Of a stretch of 64,000 nt of DNA, positions 11,862-24,860 are shown in pieces. The notes under the pieces are model-generated. The model made no database searches. It was not told the origin of the DNA and was given only the letters and a program-made list of their open reading frames with translations. Position 1 is the first letter of the stretch; every line of letters begins with the position of its first letter. The stretch is from Tricharina praecox (Eukaryota): contig NW_026250426.1 of NCBI RefSeq assembly GCF_024521635.1, positions 248,001 through 312,000 on the forward strand, in the 5' to 3' direction. A program made the position numbers and the translations under genes.

Positions 11862-11893
11862 CTGTCCTGTGGGAGCTGGCCATAGGGGAACAT
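10412..11893 (-). CDS. Fungal hypothetical protein: poly-Q/Pro-rich N-terminus, DUF7514-like central domain, C-terminal coiled coil with short Cys motif
   Basis: Long single ORF, first ATG at 11893 (MFPYGQ). LLTSIATYL..ITRDKLAHYY..LGCKYYLVP..PALTITGFVAW..QLLLCPDLE resembles my recollection of DUF7514 (not searched). Confidence 0.75.
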
Positions 11894-12304
11894 GGTTCGA
11901 CTGTGGCCTCGACGTGTTGGGGTCGGTTTCGCGGAGTTTTGTTCTCGGGTGATGGGTGTCGGTGGGATGGATTTGTAGGCCGGGGCAAACAGAGCAGGTT
12001 TTGGTATAGATAGGATAGATACTTGAGTACGCAGAACCCGAGGATCGGTAGCCAAGGTTGGGCTGAGCGTGAGGTTTTCTTTTTCCCCGTGGCCGTGGTG
12101 TTACCTGTCGAGTTGTACAAGTTGTACGAGTTGTACAGCAGCGCTGGGCGGCGGAGGCGATTGGGCGGGCCGCTCAGCTAGCTGCAGTCGGAGAGATGTC
12201 ATTGGGAACGAGAATTGGGTTCGAAGCATCGGCGGCGGGGTAGGCAAGTAGAGACTTGCTTACCTACGCAGTTCCTTCATACTCTAGAGAGGAATGGGCA
12301 GAGT

Positions 12305-12422
12305 GGAGAAGTCGGGGGTGTCTAGTCTGCGCGGAGAAGTCGGGGTGTCTAGTCTGCGTGTCATCGTTGTGGCCCGAAGAAGTCGGGGTGTCTAGTCTGC
12401 GTGTCATCGTCGTGGCCTGAAG
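12305..12422. repeat. Three tandem copies of GAAGTCGGGGTGTCTAGTCTGCG, two extended by TGTCATCGTYGTGGCCYGAAG
   Basis: Read directly. Confidence 0.9.
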
Positions 12423-13495
12423 ATTATTGCCTTGAGTACTCTATTCCTTGCCGTGGCACGGCTGTGTTGGATAGGCAGTGATACGGTATCATAACTTACG
12501 GACGCCCGGGTTGCAGAACCTCCATACTAGTTGCTCATCATGCCCAAGCTACGTGGATGTAACTATCTCCTTAGCATACGAGCTTCTCCTTCCTGGCCTC
12601 TGAAGATCATGGGCGTCCTTACTCGAAATACTCTAGCTGTGGAGAGCCTTGTGCGGGCGTGTTGCAGTGCGGCTTCTCGCTTATGGTAGCTTGGCCAGGG
12701 GAACTCGCCGACAAAGTCGAACCAAGTCGTCTGAGTGTCGCAATCGAGTAGGTAGCACCTGAAGAGGCTGTCGTGCCTGGCGTTGAGGTAACAGGTCGTT
12801 TCGGAGTGCGTGAAGCATAAACTCAGTGTGGCGATGCTACATTCTTCTTCACGACTTCTCTCCGAACAGTCATCCCGAGACACGCTGACCGGTAATTAGT
12901 CATGTAGAGTGCTCTACTGCCCCGTTGCAATACGAATCATGTCAGCACGTGCCGCTGCCGTGTCGAGATCCGCCCAAGAGTCATCAATGAAGCTGTGTCG
13001 TGACAGCAGGCTGACGTCTACTTAATGGCCGGTCGACGGGGAAGCTCCACTGCTCGTAGTTCTGCAGTTCTTCGCCGCCCGAGCCTTCGTGCTCTCTCGT
13101 ACGGTACAATCGGGACTCCGTTTACACCGTCGAGCCCTGCAGCAACCCCCGCAGCAGAAGTAAGACATCCACTGCACGTCCACTCTCCTCCACCACCGTG
13201 AAGACTTCGTTCGCCAACCTCCGTCAGAACTGTCCGTCTCGGTCCGAGTTTGTGAGAAAGGCCGATCGAGAGGGCCGGGAACACAAGCCAACCGATCCAG
13301 CCATTTCCGTCCACTCCTTGTGGTTGGCCATTGCGTGGGGTTCGTCTCGCTTCGTCTACCCCTACGCATTTCTCCATGTCTGCCTCCGCCGCGCCATCAT
13401 AGTCAACCACATCTACCTACCAGTACACTCTTGCTCTAGAGCTCCAGCTCCACATCCCCCGTCGCTATCTACCACAACCACCACCGCCTACGATC

Positions 13496-14731
13496 ATGGC
13501 ATCTTCGCTGGAGCTGCCAGCTACGAAGCGGAAGCGAACGGGAAAGTCCCAACCTTCGCTCTCCTTCGCCGCCGCCGCCGCCGCACCCATAGTCTCCTTC
13601 GGCTCGTCCACCCTGCAGGTGTCGACGTCGGCCGCAGGCGCTACCGAAGCTGCCCCACGCGCCCCACTACGCTCCCCCCAACCTCCAAACAACAACTCCT
13701 TCCACTGGTCCTTCCTCTCGCACCCGGTGCTGGAGCATCTCCGCAAGTGGCCTGGCCTGTCCAGCACGGCCGAAGTCGCCGTAACCGCCACGCCCTCAGC
13801 CGCAGGAGGAGATCCCTCACCCGCCTCGCCCTCGCCACCACCACCCACCACCTCCGCCGATGTACCGCAGAAATTCGCGCGCCTCCTGTCGATCCCGCCG
13901 ATCGCATCGTCCATCGCATCGGGCCTATACGGGCGCGACCTACTTTCCATCCGCCTACTGAGCAGCGCCTTCCACGACGTGCTGTCGACACAGATCTCGG
14001 GCGATGGCCAGCGGCCCTACTATCACACGCTGCTGCTCAAGTCGCTGCTGTGCAAACGCACCGACGTCGCCACGGAGCCGCTCGGCACCGCGTGCAAGAG
14101 CGCCGGCGGCAATGTCGGGCCGTGCGTGCTGTGCGCAACCCCGATCTGCTCGGTATGTTTTATTCCCGGGCCCGCGGCGACGCCAGCGGTGTCTGTCTGT
14201 CAGCAGTAGGATTAATATCAGCGTGCCGTATGTATGCAGACGTGCGTCTACCCCGAGATCTGGACCGTGCGCCGCTACCGCTACCTGTGTCCGGGGTGCT
14301 GCTCATCGGCGAACCCCAAGGCGTGCGCCTGCCAGGCCAACATCTGGATGTGCCGGCCGTGCTATAAGACCCGGTGGGTCGAGGACCTGGACTACGATAC
14401 CGCGGGTCAGTGGCTCGACGTCGGCGCCGCGGCCACGTGCCACCGCTGCGGAGAGGCACACACAAACAAGAGCGACCCACGACTGCCCGCGCTGCCCGGC
14501 CGCAGGACGTTCCGTGGCTGGTTCGTCGACCTCACCGGGAAGAAGCGGCGGCCCGTGGACTGTGCGTGGTGCGATGGCCGTGTCGATCCTAAACGCGAGG
14601 ACTGGACGCTGAGGCCGCTCGTTATCAAGAGGGGTGAGGAGCGGGGTAGGAATTGGATCAGGGAGGTCGAGAGACGCAGGAAGGAGCGAGAGGGAGAAGT
14701 CGATCCCGGCGATAATGAGGGGAGGGATTAA
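13496..14731 (+). CDS. Cys-rich protein with degenerate F-box-like segment (2 exons, intron 14153-14239)
   Basis: The GTATGT..CAG intron joins the 237-aa and 165-aa ORFs in frame. Contains LLSIPPIASSIASGLYGRDLLSIRLLSSAF and multiple CxxC motifs (CVLC, CSTC, CPGC, CRPC, CHRC, CAWC). Confidence 0.75.
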
Positions 14732-15648
14732 CTACTTAGGTGGCTGGCTAGAATTTGCTGATACCCACTGTGTGTGCACGCTTCCTTGCTTGTTCTTGCG
14801 CTTGCTTTTCGCTGCGGTAGCTGCGGCGTGTCTGTCGCTCCCTTTTCTTATTCTTCTACTGCTAATGGCCGCTTCAGTGTGAAATTCGTCGGACTGCGGA
14901 CTGCGGACTGACTGACGGGGCCCGGGGCTGGGGCGTTGGCTGGTTGGCTGGTTGGTGCTTTTCTTTCTTTCTTTCTTTCGCGGTAGTTTCGCGGTACGGT
15001 ACCGGTGTAGGATATATGATCGACGTCGGTCAGGGCAGCGTAGAACTGTACACTGTACGTAGGATGAGGTTGGAGGATCCACCAGGAGGCACTTTCTCTT
15101 TCCCAGCGGTTGCGGTTAGATGGTACACTACTGGTACACTATATTGTTTTGCCCGTTTTGCCCTTGATTGTTGCCGCGCTGCGTTGGGGCGGGGGCGAGA
15201 TATCGGAAGTACATTGGTTTGGTTGATTGTAGATGCGATGATGATGTGCATTGAATGACTCGGGGCATGTGGTTTATTTGTCTACAAACCGAGTTTGCCA
15301 CCATGAACTGAACTGAACTGCCACCCACCGTGTGCACTATGTGGCCACGAAAGAGAATTGCAGCCTGCGGCCAAGGGGCTTCAGTGGATCCTGTGAGACG
15401 GGGATGGAAGATGAGATATCCCATCAGACAGTCCTCTCCTCTATCCTGCTAAACCATAAACCTCACCTCCAGCCCTCAGTAGTACCTATAATACTAACTA
15501 CTACTACTAATACTACCACTGCCTCCACTCCGGTGACTCGGCGGAGACCATAAACATACCTCCCGCGCAGTACATACCTGTATATACCGGTACCGGTACC
15601 TCAGGTTGACAACTCCGCCGCCGATATACCTAGGTAGCTAGTCCGGAA

Positions 15649-15702
15649 TCACGAATGATTCACGAATGATCCACGAATGATCCACGAATGATCCACGAAT
15701 GA
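15649..15702. repeat. Tandem 11-bp repeat (CACGAATGATY) about 4.5 copies
   Basis: Read directly. Confidence 0.85.
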
Positions 15703-16228
15703 AACCGAATTATACAGTACAGACAGCATTATATTATACACTATGTAGATACTATTATCCCCAGATCCCCATTACCCAACCCAACCGTCCGTACCGTCCG
15801 TACCGTGCCCCTTATTACCGTACATATCATGCAAAAGTTGAAACCTAAACCACCAACACCAAAAACCAAAAACCAAAGACCGAATGAAAAGACTAAAGAC
15901 CAAAGACCAAAGGAAAGGCAAGGAAAAGACCAAAGGAAAGGCCGAGGGATAAACTAAAGGAAAGAGAAGGAAAGACCAAACGAAAGACAAGGGAAAGTCC
16001 AAAAGAAAGTCCAAAAGAAAGTCCAAAAGAAAGACCAGCAGCACAAGTACTCATACAATATTTACACCCTCCCCCCGCCCCCGCGCATCAATTCGACGCC
16101 AACAACCCCAAGCTCTTCGCAAACGCATCTACATCACTTTTCCTTATCAGCTTTTGCCCACCCATCAATCCCCCATCAAACCCCCCCCCCCCCTCCCCCA
16201 CATCCCCCTTATCTCAGCAGCTGCAAAC

Positions 16229-18186
16229 TCACCATTTTTCCCTCTTCCCCCCCTTCCCCCAACTGCTCGCTCGGGCGGGTATATGATCGCTAAGCCGGAA
16301 ATTCGTCGTCGCCGCCTCCTCATTCTCCCAGGGCACCTCGACATCGTGGCGAACTATGCGAGGCACGGGGCTGGTGGGCGTGGACGGGCAGGGGCTTGTC
16401 GGTGTAGGCGGCAGGTGCTGCTGCGGCGGCCGCAGCGTGGTCGGTTTCGCCGCTGTGGTGGTGGTGGTGTTGTTGTGGCTGGGTCGGCGGTCCTCCCAGT
16501 CGCCGTGCCTCGTGCGGTCGGCGCCGGGTCGGCGCTCGGGCGAGGGCGAGGGCGAGGGAATGCGGACCTGTTCGCGGTGGTATACAGACGTTTCCCTGCG
16601 GCCGCGGTGTACGGGATCTGCAACGATAACCATCCAGACGCCGACCTTGCTTTCGCCGTCCAGCAGGGGGGTGCAGTGAACGAAGCGCTCGCGGCCCTCG
16701 GCGGACTCGCGGTTGGTCAGCCACGTGACTTTTGCGGTGACGCCGTTGCCGGTGCGCAGTGCGTCGTGGATCTCGTCGCGTACCCGCGGCGAGCCGCCGA
16801 TCTTGTTGAGGAAGTGGAGCTGGTGGATTCCGGGCGTGCGTAGTGAGGGGGACGTGAAGAGGATCCGTAGGGAGGGGTAGGGGCGGAGCAGCATGTAGTT
16901 CTGGTATACGCCCTTGAGCGACGGGAGACGTGGGATGGATACCGTCGGTTGTTGGTCGTAGCTTGGGGGCCCTTCCTGCACCATCACCCGGGAGCGCGCG
17001 GCGGATGGGGCCCGCTCCCGGCGGAAGGCGCCTTCGCGCCGGAGACGCCGGCCTTTGTGCAGGCGCCCGGCGAAAAGCCGCGTGGTCTCGATTTCGACGT
17101 CGTTGAAGAGCTCGGCGAGCTCCTGGAATACGTCCTTTTCCTCGTCTTCCTTCTCGCCGGCCAGTTGTCGCTCGAGCTCCTTGACTGAGTCGAGGCCGAT
17201 GCCGTCTTTGAGGAGCTGCGTGACGTCGACTTGCGCTCCGATGTAGTATCGGAGCTGCCCTTGGGAGTCGAAGAGCGGGGCCACCATGAGGAGATTGAAG
17301 AATGGTGATCCGTCTCGTCGGCTATTGCGTCTATCAGCTAACTGTAGTGGACATTCTCAACGCTGGTCGGACTTACTAGTTCAGAAACAGCTCGCTCGTC
17401 TCCTTCTGTGCGTCGATGGCATTCTTGAGTCTGCGGACCGTCTTTCGGTCTGTGGCCGGGCCCTGGAGGAAGCGGCAATTCCGTCCCACGGCGTAAGACA
17501 CGCCGTACTGAGTGACCCTGTTGAATTCTACTCCTCCGTTAGCACCACATCCCAGGTTTCCGGGGTGGAGGATACACACCTTCACTCATAAAGATGATAG
17601 GATTCCCGTCTCTCCGTGGATCCGTCAAGCAGAACGATTCGCCGAGACCATCCACGGCATCCGCCAGATCGCTCCTAAGTTCTCCCGTGATCCTTCTAGT
17701 GACATTATGCGAGACGACGTCGACGACAGTATTTGTGACATAACCCGCCAACTCCTCCAAGAGTCCCTCGAACGCCTCGTCACTGCACCGCTCCAGCCCC
17801 TTGCTCCTGACATCGGCAGGGACGGCGCCGCCCTCGAGGCCGCCGGCAATCGCGTTGGCGTACGCTAGCGCTTTTAGCGCCTTCTGCGAATCGAGGTATT
17901 GCACTAGCGTATTCAGCCCGCTGGGCGAGCTGTGCGTGAGGAAATCGGCGAAGTTCGAGAGTAGAGTCGGGTTGGACAGGATCGTGGAGAGGTGACCCGG
18001 GCCGAGAATCTTGGCCCCCAGTGCTTCCGGTGAGAACCCGGGTGTCGGCACAGATGATAGTGGTAGGAGATCGTAGGAGTGCGATTCGTCAGAGGGCGAG
18101 TAGGAGCCTTCCGAGGAGCCCGGTCGGTAGAAGTCGGCTTGGTGTGATGGGTTCAACATGTTGAGGGTGGAGTAGCGGCGGGCCAT
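16229..18186 (-). CDS. RGS-LOV-type blue-light sensor candidate (BcLOV4-like architecture), 3 exons
   Basis: Introns 17528-17579 and 17322-17376 give SFCLTDPRRDGNPIIFMSE-EFNRVTQY..GRNCRFLQG..NYRRDGSPFFNLL..YYIGAQVDV, a LOV domain with the adduct Cys and signalling Gln. It is preceded by a helical RGS-like region and followed by a conserved-looking C-terminal domain. Confidence 0.9.
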
Positions 18187-18865
18187 GGTGATTGTGGTGG
18201 GAGTGTATATTCTCCGGCGGTATGTAGGATTTATCTGCTGGTTGTGATTTGCAATTGCTGGAAGATGGTACTGATCTTGAGTCTCTGGCGAGTGTGAAGG
18301 AGAGAAAACCGAATTGAAGATGCTGCAAAACCAAGTGTAGGTTATTATAATGATCACCAACCTCAAGTTCTGCAGGCGAGTATATATATGTATCGATTGT
18401 ATGCTCATTTGTAGCCTGTAGACCATACGGTGCTTTTTTTCTTCTTCACCCATGGGGAAGCCGGCGGTCTCGGCCGGGGCGTGCCTGCATCACAAGTGCA
18501 GAATTGCCGTGCTTTCTCCGTCCCGCTCGTTTCGATCTTCGCGACAACGCTATATCCCGAATCTAAGTCACGATCGTGAGCTAAAGATTGCCGAGATTGA
18601 GGATTCGAACCAGGTACCAGGCATTTGTTTGGTGCCGATGCTATTTTGACTAGCCATAGTCGGGGTGGCCCTGTTGGATGACGATCACAATCAGGCAATG
18701 CCCTTGGCCGGGCAGGACTTCCGTTCAAAATTGGCCTCCAAAAACTGCTCCCCGCCAAATAAGCACTTACCTATACCGATGTTGCAATCCGCTATGGAGA
18801 GCTGAATGGAAGTGGACATCCCGCGTGCACACCCACAATCTTGAAAACAGCCGGCTCAGATTCTC

Positions 18866-18955
18866 CTGCGCCGTGGTCGCGCAGTCCCTTTCATCCCGCG
18901 TGTCTGCCGCAACGCATTGCACCAGTGTGTGGGGGTTCGAGTCGCCCGGCGCGGT
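18866..18955 (+). pseudogene. tRNA-like relic
   Basis: 7-bp stem CTGCGCC/GGCGCGG, T arm GGGGG-TTCGAGT-CGCCC and a CT-TTC-A motif. D and anticodon arms do not fold. Confidence 0.35.
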
Positions 18956-20764
18956 GTAATTTGTTAGACAAAGGAATCAACAAACAAGCGGGAAACCGAA
19001 CGGAAGCGGACCAGAGCCCACAGCTACTCTAGATGAACTCCGAATATGCAGGTAGTGCTGACAAGGACTCGGCTTTCCGGGGGATGAGGGGGTCTTGACC
19101 CAGAATAGCACATGGGAACTTCCACAGCAGTGTCGGCTATCACGATGGTCCCTCAAGCCCAGAAGTTGATCCTTCAAGCCTCGAAGATGACGTTCCGGAT
19201 TGATTTTTATCGGGAAAGTTTCTCCGCCAGAGACAATTATGTCAAAAGTGTTTGACGGTGGAGGATGGCATGCGCCATAGCAGAGCGCGGGGTCTAGGCT
19301 TAGGAACTATTCAGTGGAGGAACGTTGGAGGAAGAATGTCACGGACCTGACTCGCTCCGACCGATGACGCGCATGACATCCCAACCCGGAAGAGCTCGAG
19401 CGGGATGAAGTCAGAAAAAGTCGTGAAGTGCGGAAAGGAGATGAGGAGAAATGAGCGGTCTGCCTGTCTGTGTTGGGTGTCGTATTGGGTCTGTCGTGTT
19501 GGCCATTTCCAGACCGCCGGAGCGGTGCTACTCCAATAGAGTAGTTAAAGAAAACCAAGCCAGTCAGGGTCCACACTGCAGAAACAGGCTGGACTCTGGA
19601 GACCACCACATCCGATCCTCGGCAGCGAATCTCATGGTCCGTGCTCGATCCGCCGACAACTCTCAATTTCCGAAACGGCTCCCACGATCGAGGCTATAAT
19701 TCGTGTGTGTTCCCCGGTTTGTAGAGTAGAGGTTCTCCGGAGGCCATCTTACCTCCACATCTATGACGTCTACGATACTATTTAGATAGTGGATGTTTGG
19801 TTTTGGTGCGGGATGGCTCGTCCACGGACGTCGCTCTCGTACGGAAGAGTAGGCAGAAGTGTGAAGAAAGTCTTCAGGCACTTGGGATATGATACCTACT
19901 TGGTTACTAGTAGGGGTTTGGAGAAACATAAGTAACGGATCATCCCAGCACTTCGTAAAAATTGTCTGCAGGTTGCGGCTATTATTATTGGTTGGCGCAC
20001 TCGTTAGTTATGTGGCCTGCGTAACACAGAGAGCAGGACAGCCTCACTTCTAGCCAAGGCTAAAGCGGGTGCCTCTGATTGGGCCGAATGGGCGTTCGGC
20101 TGCAAACTCGTGTAAACACATCTGCGGCCGATATTCTTCCATGCCGCCGAAGGTCTCGGATTCAAAGGCTGTCGGACGGATGCCATCCCGGAAGGCCCCC
20201 ACTAGCTGCTGTGGGAATGAGCTTGAGGCTCACACAAACTGCCGCAGGAGGCACGGGAAAGAGAGGCGGTGCAGAGTCCAAATGAAAGTGAGCCCGGAAA
20301 AAAAGCAAGATGGACATCACTTGCACCAGATAGGACTCGGCCATACCGCAACGCGACTCAGAGATCTCGGCAGTTGGAACATGCACCATGCACCCAGCCT
20401 GTGGTACATCCTCCCACGAACCATGATAGGGGAAGCGATCCGCTACTCCCCCGCCGGCCACTCTGCTCTGCTCTACTAGTAACTACTCCACGCCGGTATG
20501 TAGAGTAGACTCCTACTTACCTGCCGCCCCACGGCAGTACTGCCACACACACCATCGCGTCCACGTCTTCACCCTTCTCGCAACCTCCACCTTAACCTTG
20601 CGTCCTCAACGACGAAAGTCCTCTCAAAGGCGTGGTGGAGGAGGGAGCATGAGCTCAATCCCATTGTCCAGCATGGCCGTGGCCGAGATCCACCCTGGGA
20701 CCTTAGTGGATTTCGAAGCGATTTGTATGCACACGATTTATACACTTCACCCCCCTTCCGCAGC

Positions 20765-21961
20765 ATGTCATCTAGTTACAAGGACCACGTCCCTAATCCG
20801 GGCGCAATAGCAAAAACGCCGTCGACTAGTCCGGTGGATCCGTCGAGTAGCGACACGACGCTGGTCGAGTCTCCACTACCGGTACATGTCTACGACACGC
20901 TGCAGAGATCTCCGTCCCTGTCGTCCCGAGTCACGGTCTCAACCTTTCTCCAAGCCGATGGACCTTCGCATCCCCTTCCTGCGGCTATTCGCTTCCCCGC
21001 CATTGGCGCTCGCTGTCCGCTGCCACCGATTCCATACTCTCTGCGTACACGGAAACTTGCCATCACGATAGTATGGACGGTCGTAGTCTTGGACTCGGTG
21101 GTACTACCGATCGGGCTCTTCTTCGTGCTCAAATACGGCGCCAGATGGTCCGATATCAAGAGTTTGACCTCCCTCATTTTACCGTAGTCGCGTATGTACT
21201 CTTCCACATGCTAACCCTTCCTGAAAATAACAGATCTTGCGGTATCCAACGGCGTCTTCGGCTTCATCGCGTTCCTACAATACGCGTTACGGTTGTGGCG
21301 ACTCCTCCGGCCCAGTCCCACCTACCGCCCACTCGACGTATCCCGATGGGCGCTCGACTTCTACCAATACCAGTTCACCCTCGGATTCATCCTGGTGACG
21401 CTTATGATCTCGTTTACCACTGGACCCGAGAACCTGCGGTTGATAGCACTGGTCCCGAACATTCTCCCAGCGATGTGCGGCCCACAGTTCTTCGTCTCCT
21501 GCGCGTGCTACCGAGCCGGCCTTCGGATCCCGTTCAACTTCTCATCGATGCCTCGGGGCAGCATTGCACCGCCCGCGGTGTTCACAGTTATCGAGGACGT
21601 GATCGCTGTCGACGGCGGCGGCGGGCGAGTTTTTCGCGCGGCATGGCTGCGCCGCTACGAGGCCAGCGAGATGTTCCGCGAGATGATGTACAGGTTGACG
21701 CTGTTCTGGGGCGTCGGCTGCTTCCTCAGCGTAGGGGCAGCGTGTGCAATCGTGTTTTCCGTCGAGAGCAAGTATGTCGCGTTTGGGGTGGGCTGGGCGG
21801 CCCCGTTCGTGTGGGCTGCCGTGTGGGCCGCGTTGACGACCGTCTGGGTCCAGAGGATGATGCGCGAGGAGGAGGACGAGTGGGAGGAGAGGGGGCCCGG
21901 CGGCCGAACGGGTGTACCGAAGGCCCCCTTGGAGATATCAAGTCCGCTACCGCGGACGTAG
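20765..21961 (+). CDS. Multi-pass membrane protein of unknown function (2 exons, intron 21162-21233)
   Basis: The GTTTGA..GCTAAC..CAG intron joins two ORFs in frame. About 6 hydrophobic segments and the motif IEDVIAVDGGGG..YEAS.MFR..LTLFWG. Confidence 0.85.
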
Positions 21962-22708
21962 GAAATTATACCTGGTGCTCTCCTTTGGATCAGGAAAAGA
22001 GACAAGGTCGGCATCGTCCGAATTACCAATCGGTGCACAGAACTGTAATTGTAATTATGTATGTAAATAAACTCATGGGTGTGGATCTAAAACCACGATC
22101 ACTCACGCACTCTCAACGGCATTTGGGCATAACTCGGTGTACGGTAATCAACCCGCTGGACCTGGCTGGTAAGCCATGTGGAAATATCTGGTCCGCATAG
22201 CCAAAGATTCCACCGGCTATTCGCGCCAACAAACGCATGATAGCCGCCCAATACTCTAAACGTAGGTACTAAAATAGCCGACAGATCATAAGGTTATATG
22301 AACTACATACTCTACACAATCCACCATAGCCTTCCGCCGTGTGCACTACTCCACGCGAATAACCCCCGCTGGACCGATCCTAGGATGTACGTGAGGTGCA
22401 TGTCGCCCCGGGTTTCCCCACGAGTGATGGACCCGCTAGAGTACCGGCTCCGTATCTGTGGTACGTTACTCCAGAACCTCACTGTAGCATCTCGATCCTG
22501 ATTCTCAATAATACGCATACTGCGGGCTGGCAAACGTGCAACCGATCATGACTACTTCGGCACCCAAGAATACAGAAATCCATACCGACCACATACATCC
22601 TACAAGTACAAGTACAAGTACATTACATTTCAAACCAGAAACCACACCCATCCACCCACCCGCCCACCTGCCCATCCACCCACCTATACCACGCTCGCCT
22701 TCCCCCCA

Positions 22709-23265
22709 CTAAACAAGAAACGCCGACACCATACCGGCCAACAGCACGACGGCGCCCATTTCCGCCGCTCTCCGGCCCGCTCCACTAGCGGGCGCACTCG
22801 CCGCGGGCGCAGTGCCATTGACCGTATTATTCCCTCCTGCAGCGGTGGCGGTAGCCGTAGAGTCTGCCGCGGCAGACGTCGCGGACGCCGAGGGTGCGGC
22901 CGCGCCGCCCATGGAGAGGGGAAACTTCGTCCTATTAGCTTCTTTTCCACTGCCCTCAACCTCGGAGTTTCGTGCGGAGTATGACTTACCCCCTCCTGTC
23001 CCGAACACTGCTCATTGACGTACGCGATAATCTTGGCGACATCGTCCTTCGGACACTTTGTGGGCACGCATGTCTTGATAGAGGCCAGGTACCCGGCGTC
23101 CTGGCAGATGCAGCTTGCGTCGGGTGGGGACAGTGAGCACCCGGCCGCGATTATCTTTGTTAACAGGCATTCGCTGGAGCATGCGGGGAGGTCCGGGATC
23201 TGGGCGAAGGCGGTGGTGAGGGTGAGCGCGATGGTGATGGCGAGGAGCTTCTTAGGGGAATGCAT
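22709..23265 (-). CDS. Second secreted/GPI-type CFEM-domain protein (intron 22925-22989)
   Basis: Signal peptide, PACSSECL..GC..ASCIC..TCVPTKC..EQC, Ala/Ser/Thr stalk, hydrophobic tail MGAVVLLAGMVSAFLV. Confidence 0.9.
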
Positions 23266-23990
23266 GCTGGTTAGGGTGGTGGCGAGTAGGTGTGTTGGGC
23301 GGTTTCTGTGGGTGAATAGTCCCGGATCCGTCACGACTCTTTATACCTATCCAGAATGTCTGTACGGAAGCATTCCAGAGCTGGTAGAGGAGGTCCATAG
23401 GCTTCGACAACCCCTGCAATTGCGGGGCCGAAGGCGGGATTCCAGAAGTACCTATGATACATAGTCTGGCTCCGATCCTAATAACCGTAAAGTTGATAGA
23501 TGGTAAGCCGAGGCCTATATACTTACCTACTTGGTAGGTATGTACCCTGCTTCGATCTCCCAGAAGACGGGGCTGTGGAACTAATCTGTAGTATAGACAC
23601 GCTGGACCGAACTGAACTTCAATTCGCCGACTCTAGGCTCTGGGGAGAAATAGAGTAAGTAGGTAGATCCCTTGGGGAAACACCTGAAGGGCAAAACGAC
23701 TTGACTACAGCCGGTGGCTCGGAATGGGGGATCTCAGCATGCACACGGCGACTACAGATAGAAATAGAGTAACGACTCTATATCAGACCTCCGCATGCCC
23801 ATCTACTTCGACACTTTACATCACACTCCGTACGCCGCCATCATAATTATGTATGTACCAGACTTTTTACTGTATACCTAGGTAATTGTTGATTGCTAGC
23901 GACTTATCTGGATCATGGTAATACCGTACACACTCTCGGACAGTGGACGAAGAGCAATACATAGGGAACCGGCATTGAGCTGGCGTCTAG

Positions 23991-24860
23991 CAGTCGGTCT
24001 GTGACAGCCGGGTGTAAACGGATATGTAATCTGCCATGATATAGGAAGATCGAATGCAATGATGATTAAATAGAAAGAAAAAAGCCGGCAGCGCAAGGCG
24101 TGACACGTGATAACTAATGTCGAGTGATATTAAGTGCTCCATCCATGATGCCAAAAACAAAAAACCATTACCCCCCCCGTCGGGTGGCTTGAAAACCCCA
24201 ATAGATGAGCCGATACCCATGCGAACTCCGCCGAGTGCGTGACCACTCGTCGACGCGGGTTTTTTCCGTGCTGGAAACATAAATTCGACCCTTACAAAGT
24301 AGTAGGTGCCAGCCCCCGCGACGGGCAAGCTCTGCAACAACGCTTTATACACTACATGACAATTTACCGTCAGGCCTCAGGTTATACGGTAATTTGTTAT
24401 CCCTACTGCGCGGGAGTCTCAGTGCTACTTAGAGGTGTGTTCCAGCGCCCGATTTCCAGGGGAGTAGAATCTGTCATAGCTGTGTTGATGCTTTGCAGCC
24501 AGTAGTTATATGTACGAGTAACGGAGGACACTCAGCGATGAACCCTCCGGGTGTACTAGTATGTATTTTTTGATCATTCCGTCGGCCTGATCGAGTGGCT
24601 CCGGGTACATACGCCACCGCTGAGGACCAAGAGCAAGCTCCATACTTGCTTCATTCCTGGGCAAAACATCATGGCCTCTGGCCAGCAACTTCTTCTCTAG
24701 AGTAGCATCGGGTATCTGGGATCAGGCTCGAAAGGAGACGCCATTTTACGGGGCTTTTCGGGATGCGGCGAGTGATATCACGTGAATACGGTTCTGCTGA
24801 ATTGTTCGCGGCCAGCGGTCTGTGACAGCCTGGTGGAAACAGATATGTAATCTGCCACGA
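23991..24860. repeat. Two ~49-bp imperfect direct repeats (23991-24039 and 24813-24860)
   Basis: CGGTCTGTGACAGCC.GGTG.AAAC.GATATGTAATCTGCCA.GA is present in both. Confidence 0.8.

Noticed and set aside
13198..14367. 389-aa ORF
   Set aside because: Alternative-frame shadow of the spliced Cys-rich gene at 13496-14731, with Arg-rich GC-driven composition.
21073..22200. 375-aa ORF
   Set aside because: Off-frame overlap of the membrane-protein gene.
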